A stretch of DNA of 62,812 bases, counting the filler, from Chiloscyllium plagiosum (lineage: Eukaryota): the NCBI RefSeq assembly GCF_004010195.1. It is 6 parts of one record of this genome, joined end to end, with 100 filler letters (N's around TTAATTAATTAA, not from the genome) between each part and the next. Parts side by side here need not be neighbours in the genome. Positions count along the whole stretch, not along the records: positions 41,786 to 50,693 come from NC_057712.1; positions 50,794 to 57,170 come from NC_057712.1; positions 57,271 to 62,812 come from NC_057712.1; 3 more parts are not named here. One strand, 5' to 3'. The position numbers and the translations under genes were made by a program. Within the stretch, counting starts at the first letter, position 1. Each line of letters opens with the position of its first letter. The notes beneath the pieces were generated by a model, which saw only the letters and a list, made by a program, of their open reading frames with translations, did no database searches and was not told where the DNA came from. Shown piece after piece: positions 47,870 to 60,279 of this stretch.

Positions 47870-50693
47870 AGTCAGAGTCATAGAGATGTACAGCATGGAA
47901 ACAGACCCTTCGGTCCAACTCGTCCACGCCGACCAGATATCCCAACCCAATCTAGTCCCACCTGCCAGCACCCGGCCCATATCCCTCCAAACCCTTTCTA
48001 TTCATATACCCATCCAAATGCCTCTTAAATGTTACAATTGTACCAGCCTCCACCACTTCCTCTGGCAGCTCATTCCATACATGTACCACCCTCTGCGTGA
48101 AAACATTGCCCCTTAGGTCTCTTTTATATATTTCCACTCTCGCCCTAAACCTATGCACTCCAATTCTGTTCTCCCCGACCCAAGGGACAAGACTTGGTCT
48201 ATTTATCCTATCCATGCCCCTCATAATTTTGTAAACCTCTATAAAGGTCACTCCTCAGCCTCCGACGCTCCAGGGAAAACAGCCCCAGCCTGTTCAGCCT
48301 CTCCCTATAGCTCAAATCCTCCATCCCTGGCAACATCCTTGTAAATCTTTTCTGAACCCTTTCAAGTTTCACAACATCTTTCCGATAGGAAGGAGACNNN
48401 NNNNNNNNNNNNNNNNNNNNNNNNNNNNNNNNNNNNNNNNNNNNNNNNNNNNNNNNNNNNNNNNNNNNNNNNNNNNNNNNNNNNNNNNNNNNNNNNNNNN
48501 NNNNNNNNNNNNNNNNNNNNNNNNNNNNNNNNNNNNNNNNNNNNNNNNNNNNNNNNNNNNNNNNNNNNNNNNNNNNNNNNNNNNNNNNNNNNNNNNNNNN
48601 NNNNNNNNNNNNNNNNNNNNNNNNNNNNNNNNNNNNNNNNNNNNNNNNNNNNNNNNNNNNNNNNNNNNNNNNNNNNNNNNNNNNNNNNNNNNNNNNNNNN
48701 NNNNNNNNNNNNNNNNNNNNNNNNNNNNNNNNNNTTTCCTAAAATGCAGCACCTCGCATTTATCTGAATTAAACTCCATCTGCTGCTTCTCAGCCCATTG
48801 GTCCATCAGGTCAAGATCCTGTTGTAATCTGAGGTACTCTCTTCGCTGTCCACTACACCTCCAATTTTGGTGTCATCTGCAAACTTACTAACTGTACCTC
48901 TTGTGCTCACATCCAAATCATTTATGTAAATGACAAAAAGTAGGAGGACCCAGCACCAATCATTGTGGCACTCCACTGGTCACAGGCCTCCAGTCTGAAA
49001 AACAACTCTCCACCACCACCCTCTGTCTTCTACCTTTGAGCCAGTTCTGTATCCAAATGGCTAGTTCTCCCTGTATTCCATGAGATCTAACCTTGCTAAT
49101 TAGTCTCCCATGGGGAACCTTGTTGAACGCCTTACTGAAGTCCATATAGATCACATCTACTGCTCTGCCCTCATCAATCTTCTTTGTTACTGCTTAAAAA
49201 AGTCAATTAAGTTTGTGAGACATGATGTCTCACGCACAAAGCCATGTTGACTATCCCGAATCAGTCCTTGCCTTTCCAAATACATGTACATCTAGTCCCT
49301 CCAACAACTTGCCCACCACCGAGGCCAGGCTCACCGATCTACAGTTCCTGGCTTGTCTTTACCACCCTTCTTAAAATAGTGGCACCACATTTGCCAACCT
49401 CCAGTTTTCCGGCACCTCACCTGTGACTATCAATGATACAAATATCTCAGCAAGAGTCCCAGCAATCACTTTTCTAGTTTCCCACAGAGTTCTCGGGTAC
49501 ACCTGATCAGGTCCTGGGAATTTATCCACTTTTAACTGTTTCAAGACATCCAGGACTTCCTCCTCTGTAATCTGGATATTTTGTAAGATGTCACCATCTA
49601 CTTCCCTACAGTCTATATCTTCTATATCCTTTTCCACAGTAAATACTGATGCAAAATATTCATTTAGTATCTCCCTCATTTCCTGTGGGTCCACACAAAG
49701 GTCGCCTTGCTGATCTTTGAGGGGCCCTATTCTCTCCCTAGTTACCCTTTTGTCTTATTATATTTGTAAAAATCCTTTGGATTCTCCTTAATTCTATTTG
49801 CCAAAGCTATGTCATGTCCCCTTTTTGCCCTCCTGATTTCCCTCATAAGTGTACTCCTACTTCCTTTATACTCTTCTAAGGATTCACTCAATCTATCTTG
49901 TCAAACCTGACATATGCTTTCTTTTTCTTAACCAAACCCTCAATTTCTTTAATCATCCAGCATTCCCTATACTTACCAGTCTTCCCTTTCACCCTGACAG
50001 GAATATATTTTCTCTGGATTCTCGTTATCTCTTTTCCTGAAGGCTTCCCATTTTCCAGCCGTCTCTTTACCTGCAAACATCTGCCTCCAATCATCTTTCG
50101 AAAGTTCTTGCCTAAAACCGTCAAAATTGGCCTTTCTCCAATTTAGAACTTCAACGTTTAGATCTGGTCTATCCTTTTCCATCACTATTTTAAAATGAAT
50201 AGAATTATGATCGCTGTCCCCAAAGTGCTCCCCCACTGACACCTCAGTCACCTGCCCTGCCTTATTTCTCAAGAGTAGATCAAGTTTTGCACCTTCTCTA
50301 GTAGGTACATCCACATACTGAATCAGAGCACTTAGCAAATTCCTCTCCATCTAAACCTTTAACACTATGGCAGTCCCAGTCGATGTTTGGAAAGTTAAAA
50401 TCCCCTACCATAACGACCCTATTATTCTTACAGATAGCGGAGACCTCCTTACAAGTTTGTTTCTCAATTTACCTCTGACTATTAAGAGGTCTATAATACA
50501 ATCCCAATAAGGTGATCATCCCTTTCTTATTTCTCAGTTCCACCCAAATAACTTCCCTGGATGTATTTCCAGGAATATCCTCCCTCAGCACAGCTGTAAT
50601 GCTATCCCTTATCAAAAATACCACTCCCCCTCCTCTCTTGCCTCCCTTTCTATACTTCCTGTAGCATTTGTATCCTGGAACATTAAACTGCCA
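47870..50693 (-). mobile_element. CR1 LINE ORF2 (APE to 3' tail), decayed, containing gap 48398-48734
   Basis: PTREGAKLDLLL...GDSDHN, DKFPGPDQVYPRTL, YMDFSKAFNKVPHG, CATAGAG-type tail. Confidence 0.95.
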
Positions 50694-50793
50694 NNNNNNN
50701 NNNNNNNNNNNNNNNNNNNNNNNNNNNNNNNNNNNNNTTAATTAATTAANNNNNNNNNNNNNNNNNNNNNNNNNNNNNNNNNNNNNNNNNNNN
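50694..50793. other. Artificial 100-bp spacer
   Basis: 44 N + TTAATTAATTAA + 44 N. Confidence 0.97.
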
Positions 50794-51780
50794 GAGCAGT
50801 GTGAGGGTAACAGGGACTGGAGCAACGTGAGGGTAACAGGGACTGGAGCAACGTGAGGGTAACAGGGACTGGAGCAACGTGAGGGTAACAGGGACTGGAG
50901 CAACGTGAGGGTAACAGGGACTGGAGCAACGTGAGGGTAACAGGGACTGGAGCAACGTGAGGGTAACAGGGACTGGAGCAACGTGAGGGTAACAGGGACT
51001 GGAGCAACGTGAGGGTAACAGGGACTGGAGCAACGTGAGGGTAACAGGGACTGGAGCAACGTGAGGGTAACAGGGACTGGAGCAACGTGAGGGTAACAGG
51101 GACTGGAGCAACGTGAGGGTAACAGGGACTGGAGCAACGTGAGGGTAACAGGGACTGGAGCAACGTGAGGGTAACAGGGACTGGAGCAACGTGAGGGTAA
51201 CAGTGACTGGAGCAACGTGAGGGTAACAGTGACTGGAGCAACGTGAGGGTAACAGTGACTGGAGCAACGTGAGGGTAACAGTGACTGGAGCAACGTGAGG
51301 GTAACAGTGACTGGAGCAACGTGAGGGTAACAGTGACTGGAGCAACGTGAGGGTAACAGGGACTGGAGCAACGTGAGGGTAACAGTGACTGGAGCAACGT
51401 GAGGGTAACAGGGACTGGAGCAGTGTGAGGGAAACGAGTCCTGGAACAGCAAGAGGGAAACGAGTCTCCGAGCAGGGAGAGGGTAAACGAGTCCTGGAAC
51501 AGCAAGACGGAAATGGGTCCCAGAGCACCGCGAGGGAAACGTGTCCTGAAACAGCACAAGAGAAATGAGTCTTGGAGCAGTGTGAGGGGAATGAGTCTCA
51601 GAGTGGAGTGAGGGAAACAAGTCCTGGAGCAGTGACAGGGAAGAGAGTCCCAGAGAAGCACGAGGGGAACGAGTCTCAGATCAGTGAAAGGAGATGCCAG
51701 TCCCGGAGCAGAGAGGGGGAATCAAGTCCCAGTCCAACTTGAGGGGAAATGAGTCATGGAGCAGCACAAGGGAAAACAAG
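50794..51780 (+). repeat. 26-bp minisatellite (GAGCAACGTGAGGGTAACAGGGACTG), about 24 homogeneous units grading into degenerate units
   Basis: Period 26 (AGCAACG at 50821, 50847, ...); G/T variant block at about 51200-51390; degenerate GAGCAG...GGGAAACGAGTCCTG units at 51430-51780 and again at 52576-52670. Confidence 0.95.
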
Positions 51781-52575
51781 TCATAGAGTCATAGAGATGT
51801 ACAGCATAGAAACAGACCCTTCGGTTCAACTCGTCCATGCTGATCAGATATCCCAACCTAATCTAGTCCAACCTGCCAGTACCCGGCCCATATCCCTCCA
51901 AACCCTTCCTATACGTACACCCATCCAGATGCCTTTTAAATGTTGCAATTGTACCAGCCTCCACCGCATCCTCTGGCAGCTCATTCCATACACGTACCAC
52001 TCTCTGTGTGAAAAAGTTGCCCCATAGGTCTCTTTTATATCTTTCCCCTCTCACCCTAAACCTATTCCCTCTAGTTCTGGACTCCCCAACCCCAGGGAAA
52101 AGACTTTATGTATTTATCCTATCTATGCCCCTCATAATTTTGTAAACCTCTATAAGGTCACCCCTCAGCCTCCGACACTCCAGGGAAAACAGCCCCAGCC
52201 TGTTCAGCCTCTCCCTATAGCTCAAATCCTCCAACCCTGGCAACATCCTCATAAATCTTTTCTGGACCCTTTCAAGTTTCACAACATCTTTCCAATAGGA
52301 AGGAGACCAGAATTGCACGCAATATTCCAACAGTAGCCTAACCAATGTCCTGTACAGCTGCAACATGACCTCCCAACTCCTGTACTCAATACTCTGACCA
52401 ATAAAGGAAAGCATACCAAACGCCTTCTTCACTATCCTATCTACCTGCTACTCCACTTTCAAGGAGCTATGAACTTGCACTCCAAGGTCTCTTTGTTCAG
52501 CAACACTCCCTAGGACCTTACTATTAAGTGTATAAGTCCTGCTAAGATTTGCTTTCCCCAAATGCAGCACCTCAC
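51781..52575 (-). mobile_element. CR1 3' fragment inserted in the degenerate minisatellite
   Basis: ORFs 52106-52432 and 51863-52054; CATAGAGT tail. Confidence 0.93.
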
Positions 52576-53004
52576 ATCCTGGAGTAGCTTGTGGGGCAAC
52601 AAGTCCTGGAGCAGAGGGGAAGTGAGTCTCGGTGCAGCGTGAAGGGAAGTGAATCCTGCAGCAGCACAACTTGCCTTGCTGCAGCTCAGTGTCTGTGTGG
52701 AACAAATTGGAAGCTTTGAATGGAGAGGGACAGTTGTTGGACTGGGCTCTGATGCAGGTGGTCAGACCACGATCTCATTGGGTTGCTGAAATTTAATGTC
52801 TATTGAAATTCTTTACCGGACTGTAAAATTGATCCTTTAACTGTGAGAAATAACTAGCTTATTTCTCACTTTTGTTTTGGACGCTGCGCTACATGCTACT
52901 ACTTTTCCTTTTATCCTTCTTTTGTATCCAAGGTTTCTAACTCGGTATTTTTACCTGAGATAGTGCCATTAGAGGCAGCCATTATGAAAACTTTTCACTG
53001 TATT

Positions 53005-53354
53005 AGGGTGGCATGGTGGCTCAGTGGTTAGCACTGCTGCCTCATAGCACCAGGGACCTGTGTTTGATTCCAGCCTTGGGTGACTACCTGTGTGGAGTTT
53101 GCACATTCTCTGCGTGGGTTTCCTCTGGGTGCTGTGGTTTCCTCCCACTGTCCAAAGATGTGCAGGTTAGGCGAATTGGCCATGCTAAATTGCTCATAGT
53201 GTTCAGGGGTGTGTCGGTTAGGTACATTAGTCAGGGTAGTATCGTGTAATAGGGTAAGGGAATGGGCCAGGGTGGGTTTTTCTTCAGAGGGTTGGTGTGG
53301 ACTTGTTGGGCTGAAGGGCCTGTTTCCACACTGTAGAGATTCTAATTCTAATCT
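53005..53354 (+). mobile_element. V-SINE (HE1-type shark SINE)
   Basis: A box TGGCTCAGTGG, degenerate B box, V domain GTGTGGAGTTTGCACATTCTC...GTGGGTTTCCTC, tail GGGCTGAAGGGCCTGTTTCCACACTGT + (ATTCTA)n. Confidence 0.88.
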
Positions 53355-53373
53355 CTGTATACGGGACAATAAA

Positions 53374-53471
53374 ATCATGATATGGACCTGATGAGGGACC
53401 AGCGCTCCGAAAGCTCGTGTTTCCAAATAAACCTGTTGGACTATTACCTGATGTTGTGTGATTTCTAACTT
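53374..53471 (+). mobile_element. 98-bp family C solo terminal repeat with hammerhead-like motif
   Basis: 11-bp TSD GGGACAATAAA (53363-53373, 53472-53482); motif at 53385-53419 CTGATGA-G-GGA...TCC-GAA-AGCT-C-GTG. Confidence 0.82.
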
Positions 53472-54521
53472 GGGACAATAAAGGATATTCTGTTCTGTAT
53501 ATTCTACATCAGCCATGATCTCAGTCAATGCTGGAGAAGACTCAATGACTTATTGGCTTATTTCTACTCCTATTTCTGACGGTTTTAATTTTGTACCTGT
53601 GACTCCACATTCGTGTGTCTGTAGTTGATTTCCAAAAGCAGAAGCCATTAAGGTCTGTACATTTAAAAGGCCACAGTTAACAGCCCTACCCCTTCTATTG
53701 GTGTGCAAAAAGCCAGTGTTCACAACAAGCCTGTGGGTTCATTTCCTCCAAAGTTTCAGTGGGGTAAACACACTGCCAGGATACTGCATTTGTAAAAATA
53801 GGATCACAGGTATAATTGCTGTCATGTTTGCAGCATTGCAAATTACTGGAACGACAATGGAATATATCCAGGGTTTTATTCTCCATAGCAATGAATTTTG
53901 AACGTTTAAACAGTAAAGTTAAACTGAAAAATTATGGTGCCTTTCGATATTTACCCAGTGAATGTGAATCTTCAGCAGTGAAGGGATCGCTTCCTCATTT
54001 GCTGAGTTTAAGGTGATTAGTAAACAGAGGGACACTCTTGGTGATATGCAGCATTGTCTGTGTCTCTCGATTATTGCACAATAAATGGTCACTGAAGCCC
54101 CAATGGTGGCCCCAGTGTAACCCTGGCTTACCTTGAACCAATTTGCCAAGGAGCATGCTCACTGTGGTACCTCAAAGCCTGTGATTTGGTGAATGGCGTT
54201 TGTCACGAGGAACCTGTGTTTGCCATCCCTTGATCTAGAAGATACCTATTAGTAGATCCTGTTCAGGAATCTTGTTCCATATGGACAACCCAGATGGAAG
54301 TAATGGTATGAACAAATCATAATCATGTTGTAAGTGAAGGGTGGCACAAATTGTTCCACCTGACTTGTGACTTTTGATGAGTCAGCAGATGTGTAAGGAA
54401 TTGATGCTTGTAAGTATAGGAAGCCAGAGTGAACTTTGACAGGTTAATTAAACACAGCTACTTATAGGGCATGAGAATAGAGAATATCAGCTGGAACCTT
54501 ACTTCCTCAGGCACCAGCTCC

Positions 54522-54635
54522 AGGTCAGGCAGCATCCGAGGAGCAGGAAAATCGACGTTTCGGGCAAAAACCCTTCATCAGGAAATTACTTTCATCTTGA
54601 CTCTGATCTCCAGCATCTGCAGTCCTCACTTTCGC
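54522..54635. mobile_element. Family A-like terminal repeat with internal inversion
   Basis: Minus-orientation motif at about 54549-54583, then plus-orientation terminus CTCTGATCTCCAGCATCTGCAGTCCTCACTTTCGC. Confidence 0.75.
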
Positions 54636-54639
54636 TTTA

Positions 54640-55785
54640 GCCTCAGGGATCAGTGTTGGGACCGCAATTATTCACTAGTTACATCGATGATTTGGAGTTG
54701 GACCATGTGTAGTGTGTCAAAGTTTGAAGATGACACTAAGATGAGTGACAGAGCAAAGTGTGCAGAGGACAGTGAAACTTTGCAGAGGAACATAGAGCAT
54801 TTAAGTGAGTGGGCAAAGGTCTGGCAGATGGAGTACAATGTTAATAAATGTGAAACCATCCATTTTGGTAGGTGTGACAGTAAAAAGGATTATTATGTGA
54901 ATGGTATAAAGTTGCAGCTTGCAGCTATGCAGAGGGACCTGGATGTCCTTCTGCATGAATCATGGAAGGTTGGTCTGCAGATACTTAGGTAATTAGGAAG
55001 GCAAATGGAATTTTGTCCTTCATTGCTAAAGGGATTGAGTTTAAAAGCAGGGAGGTTATGTTGCTGCTGTGTAGGGTGCTGGTGAGGCTACACCTGCATG
55101 CAGTTTTGGTCTCCTTACTTGAGTAAGGATGTACTGGCACTAGAGGGGGTGCAGAGGAGATTCCTGATGAAGGGCTTTTGCCCGAAACATCGATTTTTCT
55201 GCTCATCGGATGCTGCCTGACCTGCTGTGCTTTTCCATCACCACTCTCTCGACTCTAATCTCCAGCATCTGCAGTCCCCACTTTCGCCGGGGTGCAGGGG
55301 AGGTTCACTCAGTTGATTCTGGAGTTGAGGGGATTGGCTTATGAGGAGAGACTGAGTAGATTGGGATTATAGTCTTTGGAATTCAGAAGAATGAGGGAGA
55401 ATCTTGTAGAAACATATAAAATTATGAAGGGAATAGATAAGATAGAAGTAGAGAGGATGTTTCCACTGGCAGGTGAAACTAGGACAAGAGGGCGTAGCCT
55501 CAGGATTGAGGGGAGCAGATTTAGGACTGAATTGAGAAGGAACTTCTTCACCAGAGGGTTGTGAATCTGTGGAATTCCCCACCCAGTGAGGTAATTGAGG
55601 CTTCCTCAGTAAATGTTTTTAAAGCTAAGATAGATATTTTTTTGAATAGTAAAGGAATTAAGGGATACAGTCAGAGGGTGGGTAAATGGAGCTGAGCCCA
55701 TGAAAATATCCATATCTTATTGAATGGGGGAGCAGCGTCGAAGGGCCAGATGGCCTACTCCTGCTCCTAGATCTTATGTTCTGAT
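54640..55785 (+). mobile_element. CR1 3' part, interrupted at 55160-55288
   Basis: SVSKFEDDTKM...WAKVWQMEYNVNKCETIHFG; EFRRMRENLVETYKIMKG; same subfamily as 14288-15300. Confidence 0.92.
55160..55288 (+). mobile_element. 129-bp family A-like solo terminal repeat starting at the hammerhead-like motif
   Basis: 14-bp TSD with one mismatch, GGGGTGCAG(A/G)GGAG (55146-55159, 55289-55302); starts ATTC-CTGATGA-A-GGGC-TTTT-GCCC-GAAACATC. Confidence 0.85.
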
Positions 55786-56825
55786 GTCATACACAATCCG
55801 TGGGTGGAGACATGGAATTTTACCAGAGCTTTGAGATGGGGTGCTTGTATGTATACCAGCTCCCCAAGGTCTCATTGCATGAACATATGTAGTTGTACTT
55901 GTTGTATCATGTTACATAAGAACAATGCTCCATTTGTAGATACTCCATGGTGGTGTCTTTTACACTAATCACTAGATTGGCCTAAAACAAAACAAAGACA
56001 AAGGAGGATTGGTGGCAGTGAACATTATCTGACCAACCTTACCCAGTATCATCTATTGATGGTGGTGGCTGATACATGGTGCCAGCAACAGTCCCCTCGT
56101 CTAGCATTCACTACAAGAAGAACAATGCACATTGACTTATGCTACATCATTTTAGTTTAAACTTTTAACGCTCAGGAATTTTAAATGTGAAGTATGTTCC
56201 CTGATGAACCAACACACGGTTGTTTAAGCTTGTTATGTTTTTTGGGGGATCCTGGAATACCCAAAGTACATGCATTTCAGCCACAGACAAGGGCCTGGAG
56301 AATTCTGTTTGAGATTTGCTGCTACATACTGAGACAAAGTGGGTGGTGAGACATGGGAGTGGCTGGCACGTTGGTGTGAATAAGCAGATTATGGACTCAT
56401 TCACCGAGGCTTGGTTGTTTCTTTCTCTCTCTCTCACTGCCTTGGGCTTAAACTGCAGGGGCATGGAAACACCACACACGGAAATTAATATATATATTTA
56501 ATAAAAGTCCCCAACTCTGCAGCGACCAGCTCGATCCAGGGGTACAGCTCCGTCTTTTCACCATAAAGTTAGTATTTTCTTCCGTCTTCCTGCATCTGTT
56601 AGATACAGAGTCATCCCTGGGAGCTGAGCTGGCTTCCTGTGTTACTGTAAACAGCAGCACAGAGATCAGGCTGGGGGATGGGGAGATTACTGGCAAAGGT
56701 TGGAGGGGTGGGGAGCCCGGAAATAACCTCACAGCTGGAACAGAGGGCAATAGAGAGGAGAAAGAGTCAATGTGGGCAGTTGGTGCTGAGTGTAATCTCC
56801 ACTGCGGCTACTCCAATGTATTTCA

Positions 56826-57170
56826 GAGAGAGAGAGTAACAGACAGACAGACAGACTGTGAGGGACAGTGTGTGTGTGTGTATGAGAGAGTGTGAATCTG
56901 TGCCAGTGTGAGAGAGCCTCTCTGTGTCTGCCTGTGAGAGAGTGTATCTGTTTATCTGTGGGAGTCTGTGTGTGTGTATCTGTGCATGAGTGTGAGTGTG
57001 TGTGTGTGTGTGTGTGAATGATGTTATTTCCTTTTTACTTATACATGACGTGTTTGCACTGTGTTCTGGGCGGGCTCTGTATCATGTGAGAGAGACAGGG
57101 AGGGAGGGACAGAGAAAGAGGGAGGAGAGAGAGAGGAGGGTGGGGAGAGAGGTGGGTGGGGAGAGGGGGA
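56826..57170. repeat. Compound (GA)/(GACA)/(GT) microsatellite and purine-rich tract
   Basis: Visible runs of GA, GACA and GT, and a G/A-rich tract up to the segment end. Confidence 0.85.
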
Positions 57171-57270
57171 NNNNNNNNNNNNNNNNNNNNNNNNNNNNNN
57201 NNNNNNNNNNNNNNTTAATTAATTAANNNNNNNNNNNNNNNNNNNNNNNNNNNNNNNNNNNNNNNNNNNN
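57171..57270. other. Artificial 100-bp spacer
   Basis: 44 N + TTAATTAATTAA + 44 N. Confidence 0.97.
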
Positions 57271-57383
57271 CTTTAAGTGGCAATTGGATAGGTACATGGA
57301 TGGGTGCTTAAGCTAGGACAAATGTTCGGCACAACATCGTGGGCCGAAGGGCCTGTTCTGTGCTGTATTGTTCTATGTTCTAT
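57271..57383 (+). mobile_element. CR1 3' tail
   Basis: Apparently identical to 34039-34148. Confidence 0.88.
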
Positions 57384-57914
57384 CTTGTTTTGTCAATAAC
57401 ATCAAAAAAGTAATTTCCAAGATATTCTGCTCAAGGGCACAAGATGGAATGGTTGTCAAAAAAGAAGGAATAAAGAATTGGAGAATTTTACATAGTTTAG
57501 ACTAACATCAATGCTGGGGAAACTCATTTTACGGGGTGCTATTAAGGTTCATGCAAAGATCCCAGTGACCGCAAGGGTCCGCTTGAATTTAGAAACATGC
57601 AGTTCTGGTTCAATAAACTGCTGGAATTCTTTGATGAAGCAGCTAAGGTTATGGGGGAAGGCTGAGCAATGGGAATGATTGAATAGGATTTTCAACGACT
57701 ACTGAGAAAATTCTTTATCTGAAGATTTTAAACATGAAATTAATAGAATTATTCAGCTGGATTGAAAACCTGCAAAAATTATAACCTTGGCCTGCAGAGT
57801 TTGTTAAATGTTTGAATGAGCAAATAATAATTGTAACACGAGGCTAGTGAATGATGAAATAGCGTATATTGTAGGGACAATTAAGGCACAAGTGTATTAA
57901 CATTTGAGCAACAG

Positions 57915-60092
57915 GAACAGTCCCTCCTTACCTGGTATAAGCACAGTGAACAGTCCCTCCTTACCTGGTATAAGCACAGTGAACAGTCCCTCCTTACCTG
58001 GTATAAGCCCAGTGAACAGTCCCTCCTTACCTGGTATAAGCCCAGTGAACAGTCCCTCCTTACCTGGTATAAGCCCAGTGAGCAGTCCCTCCTTACCTGG
58101 TATAAGCCCAGTGAGCAGTCCCTCCTTACCTGGTATAAGCCCAGTGAGCAGTCCCTCCTTACCTGGTATAAGCCCAGTGAGCAGTCCCTCCTTACCTGGT
58201 ATAAGCCCAGTGAGCAGTCCCTCCTTACCTGGTATAAGCCCAGTGAGCAGTCCCTCCTTACCTGGTATAAGCCCAGTGAGCAGTCCCTCCTTACCTGGTA
58301 TAAGCCCAGTGAGCAGTCCCTCCTTACCTGGTATAAGCCCAGTGAGCAGTCCCTCCTTACCTGGTATAAGCCCAGTGAGCAGTCCCTCCTTACCTGGTAT
58401 AAGCCCAGTGAGCAGTCCCTCCTTACCTGGTATAAGCCCAGTGAGCAGTCCCTCCTTACCTGGTATAAGCCCAGTGAACAGTCCCTCCTTACCTGGTATA
58501 AGCCCAGTGAACAGTCCCTCCTTACCTGGTGTCAGCCCAGTGAACAGTCCCTCCTTACCTGGTATAAGCCCAGTGAACAGTCCATCCTTACCTGGTATAA
58601 GCCCAGTGAGCAGTCCCTCCATACCTGGTATAAGCCCAGTGAGCAGTCCCTCCTTACCTGGTATAAGCCCAGTGAACAGTCCCTCCTTACCTGATATAAG
58701 TCCAGTGAACAGTCACTCTTTACCTGGTATACGTCCAGTGAACAGTCCCTCCTTACCTGGTGTCAGCCCAGTGAGCAGTCCCTCCTTACCTGGTATACGC
58801 CCAGTGAGCAGTCCCTCCATACCTGGTATCAGCCCAGTGAACAGTCCCTCCTTACTTGGTATAAGCCCAGTGAGCAGTCCCTCCTTACCTGGTTTAGCCC
58901 AGTGAACAGTCCCTCCATTCCTGGAATAAGCCCAGTGAACAGTCCCTCCTTACCTGGTATAAGCCCAGTGAGCAGTCCCTCCTTACCTGGTATAAGCCCA
59001 GTGAGCAGTCCATCCTTACCTGGTATACGCCCAGTGAGCAGTCCCTCCATACCTGGTATACGCCCAGTGAACAGTCCCTCCATTCCTGATATAAGCCCAG
59101 TGAGCAGTCCCTTCATACTTGGTATAAGCCCAGTGAACAGTCCCTCCTTACCTGGTATAAGCCCAGTGAACAGTCCCTCCATTCCTGGTATAAGCCCAGT
59201 GAGCCGTCCCTCCTTACCTGGTTTAGCCCAGTGAACAGTCCCTCCTTACCTGGTATAAGCCCAGTGAGCAGTCTCTCCTTACCTGGTATAAGCCCAGTGA
59301 ACAGTCCCTCCTTACCTGGTATCAGCCCAGTGAACAGTCCCTCCGTACCTGGTATAAGCCCAGTGAGCAGTCCCTCCTTACCTGGTATCAGCCCAGTGAG
59401 CAGTCCCTCCTTACCTGGTATACGCCCAGTGAGCAGTCCCTCCTTACCTGGTATAAGCCCAGTGAGCACTCCCTCCTTACCTGGTATCAGCCCAGTGAGC
59501 AGTCCCACCTTACCTGGTATACGCCCAGTGAGCAGTCCCTCCTTACCTGGTATCAGCCCAGTGAGCAGTCCGTCCTTACCTGGTATAAGCCCAGTGAACA
59601 GTCCCTCCATTCCTGGTATAAGCCCAGTGAACAGTCCGTCCTTACCTGGTATAAGCCCAGTGAGCAGTCCCTCCTTACCTGGTATAAGCCCAGTGAACAG
59701 TCCCTCCTTACTTGGTATCAGCCCAGTGAGCAGTCCCTCCTTACCTGGTATAAGCCCAGTGAGCAGTCCGTCCTTACCTGGTATCAGCCCAGTGAGCAGT
59801 CCCTACTTACCTGGTATCAGCCCAGTGAGCAGTCCCTCCTTACCTGGTATCAGCCCAGTGAGCAGTCTGTCCTTACCTGGTATAAGCCCAGTGAGCAGTC
59901 CCTCCTTACCTGGTTTAGCCCAGTGAGCAGTCCCTCCTTACCTGGTATAAGCCCAGTGAACAGTCTCTCGTTACCTGGTATCAGCCCAGTGAGCAGTCCC
60001 TCCTTACCTGGTATCAGCCCTGTGAGCAGTCCCTCCTTACCTGGTATAAGCCCAGTGAGCAGTCCCTCCTTACCTGGTATAAGCCCAGTGAA
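57915..60092. repeat. 33-bp minisatellite, about 66 units (CAGTCCCTCCTTACCTGGTATAAGCCCAGTGA[A/G]), derived from CR1 ORF2
   Basis: Period 33; three 32-bp variants (GGTTTAGCCC at 58891, 59220, 59912); minus strand encodes FTGLIPGKEGL. Confidence 0.95.
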
Positions 60093-60275
60093 TCTTCTTT
60101 GGTCTGCCTGTAAATGCCAGTAATGTTTAATGGGGTCAGGGGCTCAAAACAGCTTTTAGCATTCCAGATATGGTCTGACTAGTGCCTTGTGTTGTCTTAG
60201 CAAGACTTCCCCATTTGTATAATCCCAGTACCTTTGAAATAAAGGCCAACATTCCATTTGCCTTTCCTATTACCC
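60093..60275 (-). mobile_element. Decayed CR1 ORF2 fragment collinear with the minisatellite
   Basis: Minus strand reads VIGKANGMLAFISK...ALVRPYLEC...QRR directly into FTGLIPGKEGL. Confidence 0.85.
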
Positions 60276-60279
60276 ATTA

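Noticed and set aside
50738..51661. Three overlapping 260-307 aa ORFs, or a CRISPR-like array
   Set aside because: Head-to-tail 26-bp tandem repeat with no unique spacers and no cas genes, in vertebrate DNA; the ORFs are repeat read-through into Ns.
53919..54400. Possible decayed Harbinger transposase fragment
   Set aside because: No catalytic motif or TIR was identifiable; the resemblance is too weak.
57897..60123. Long ORFs (165-333 aa) on both strands as a mucin- or collagen-like gene
   Set aside because: They follow from a stop-free 33-bp period, are broken by 32-bp units, and the unit derives from CR1. No evidence for a real gene.
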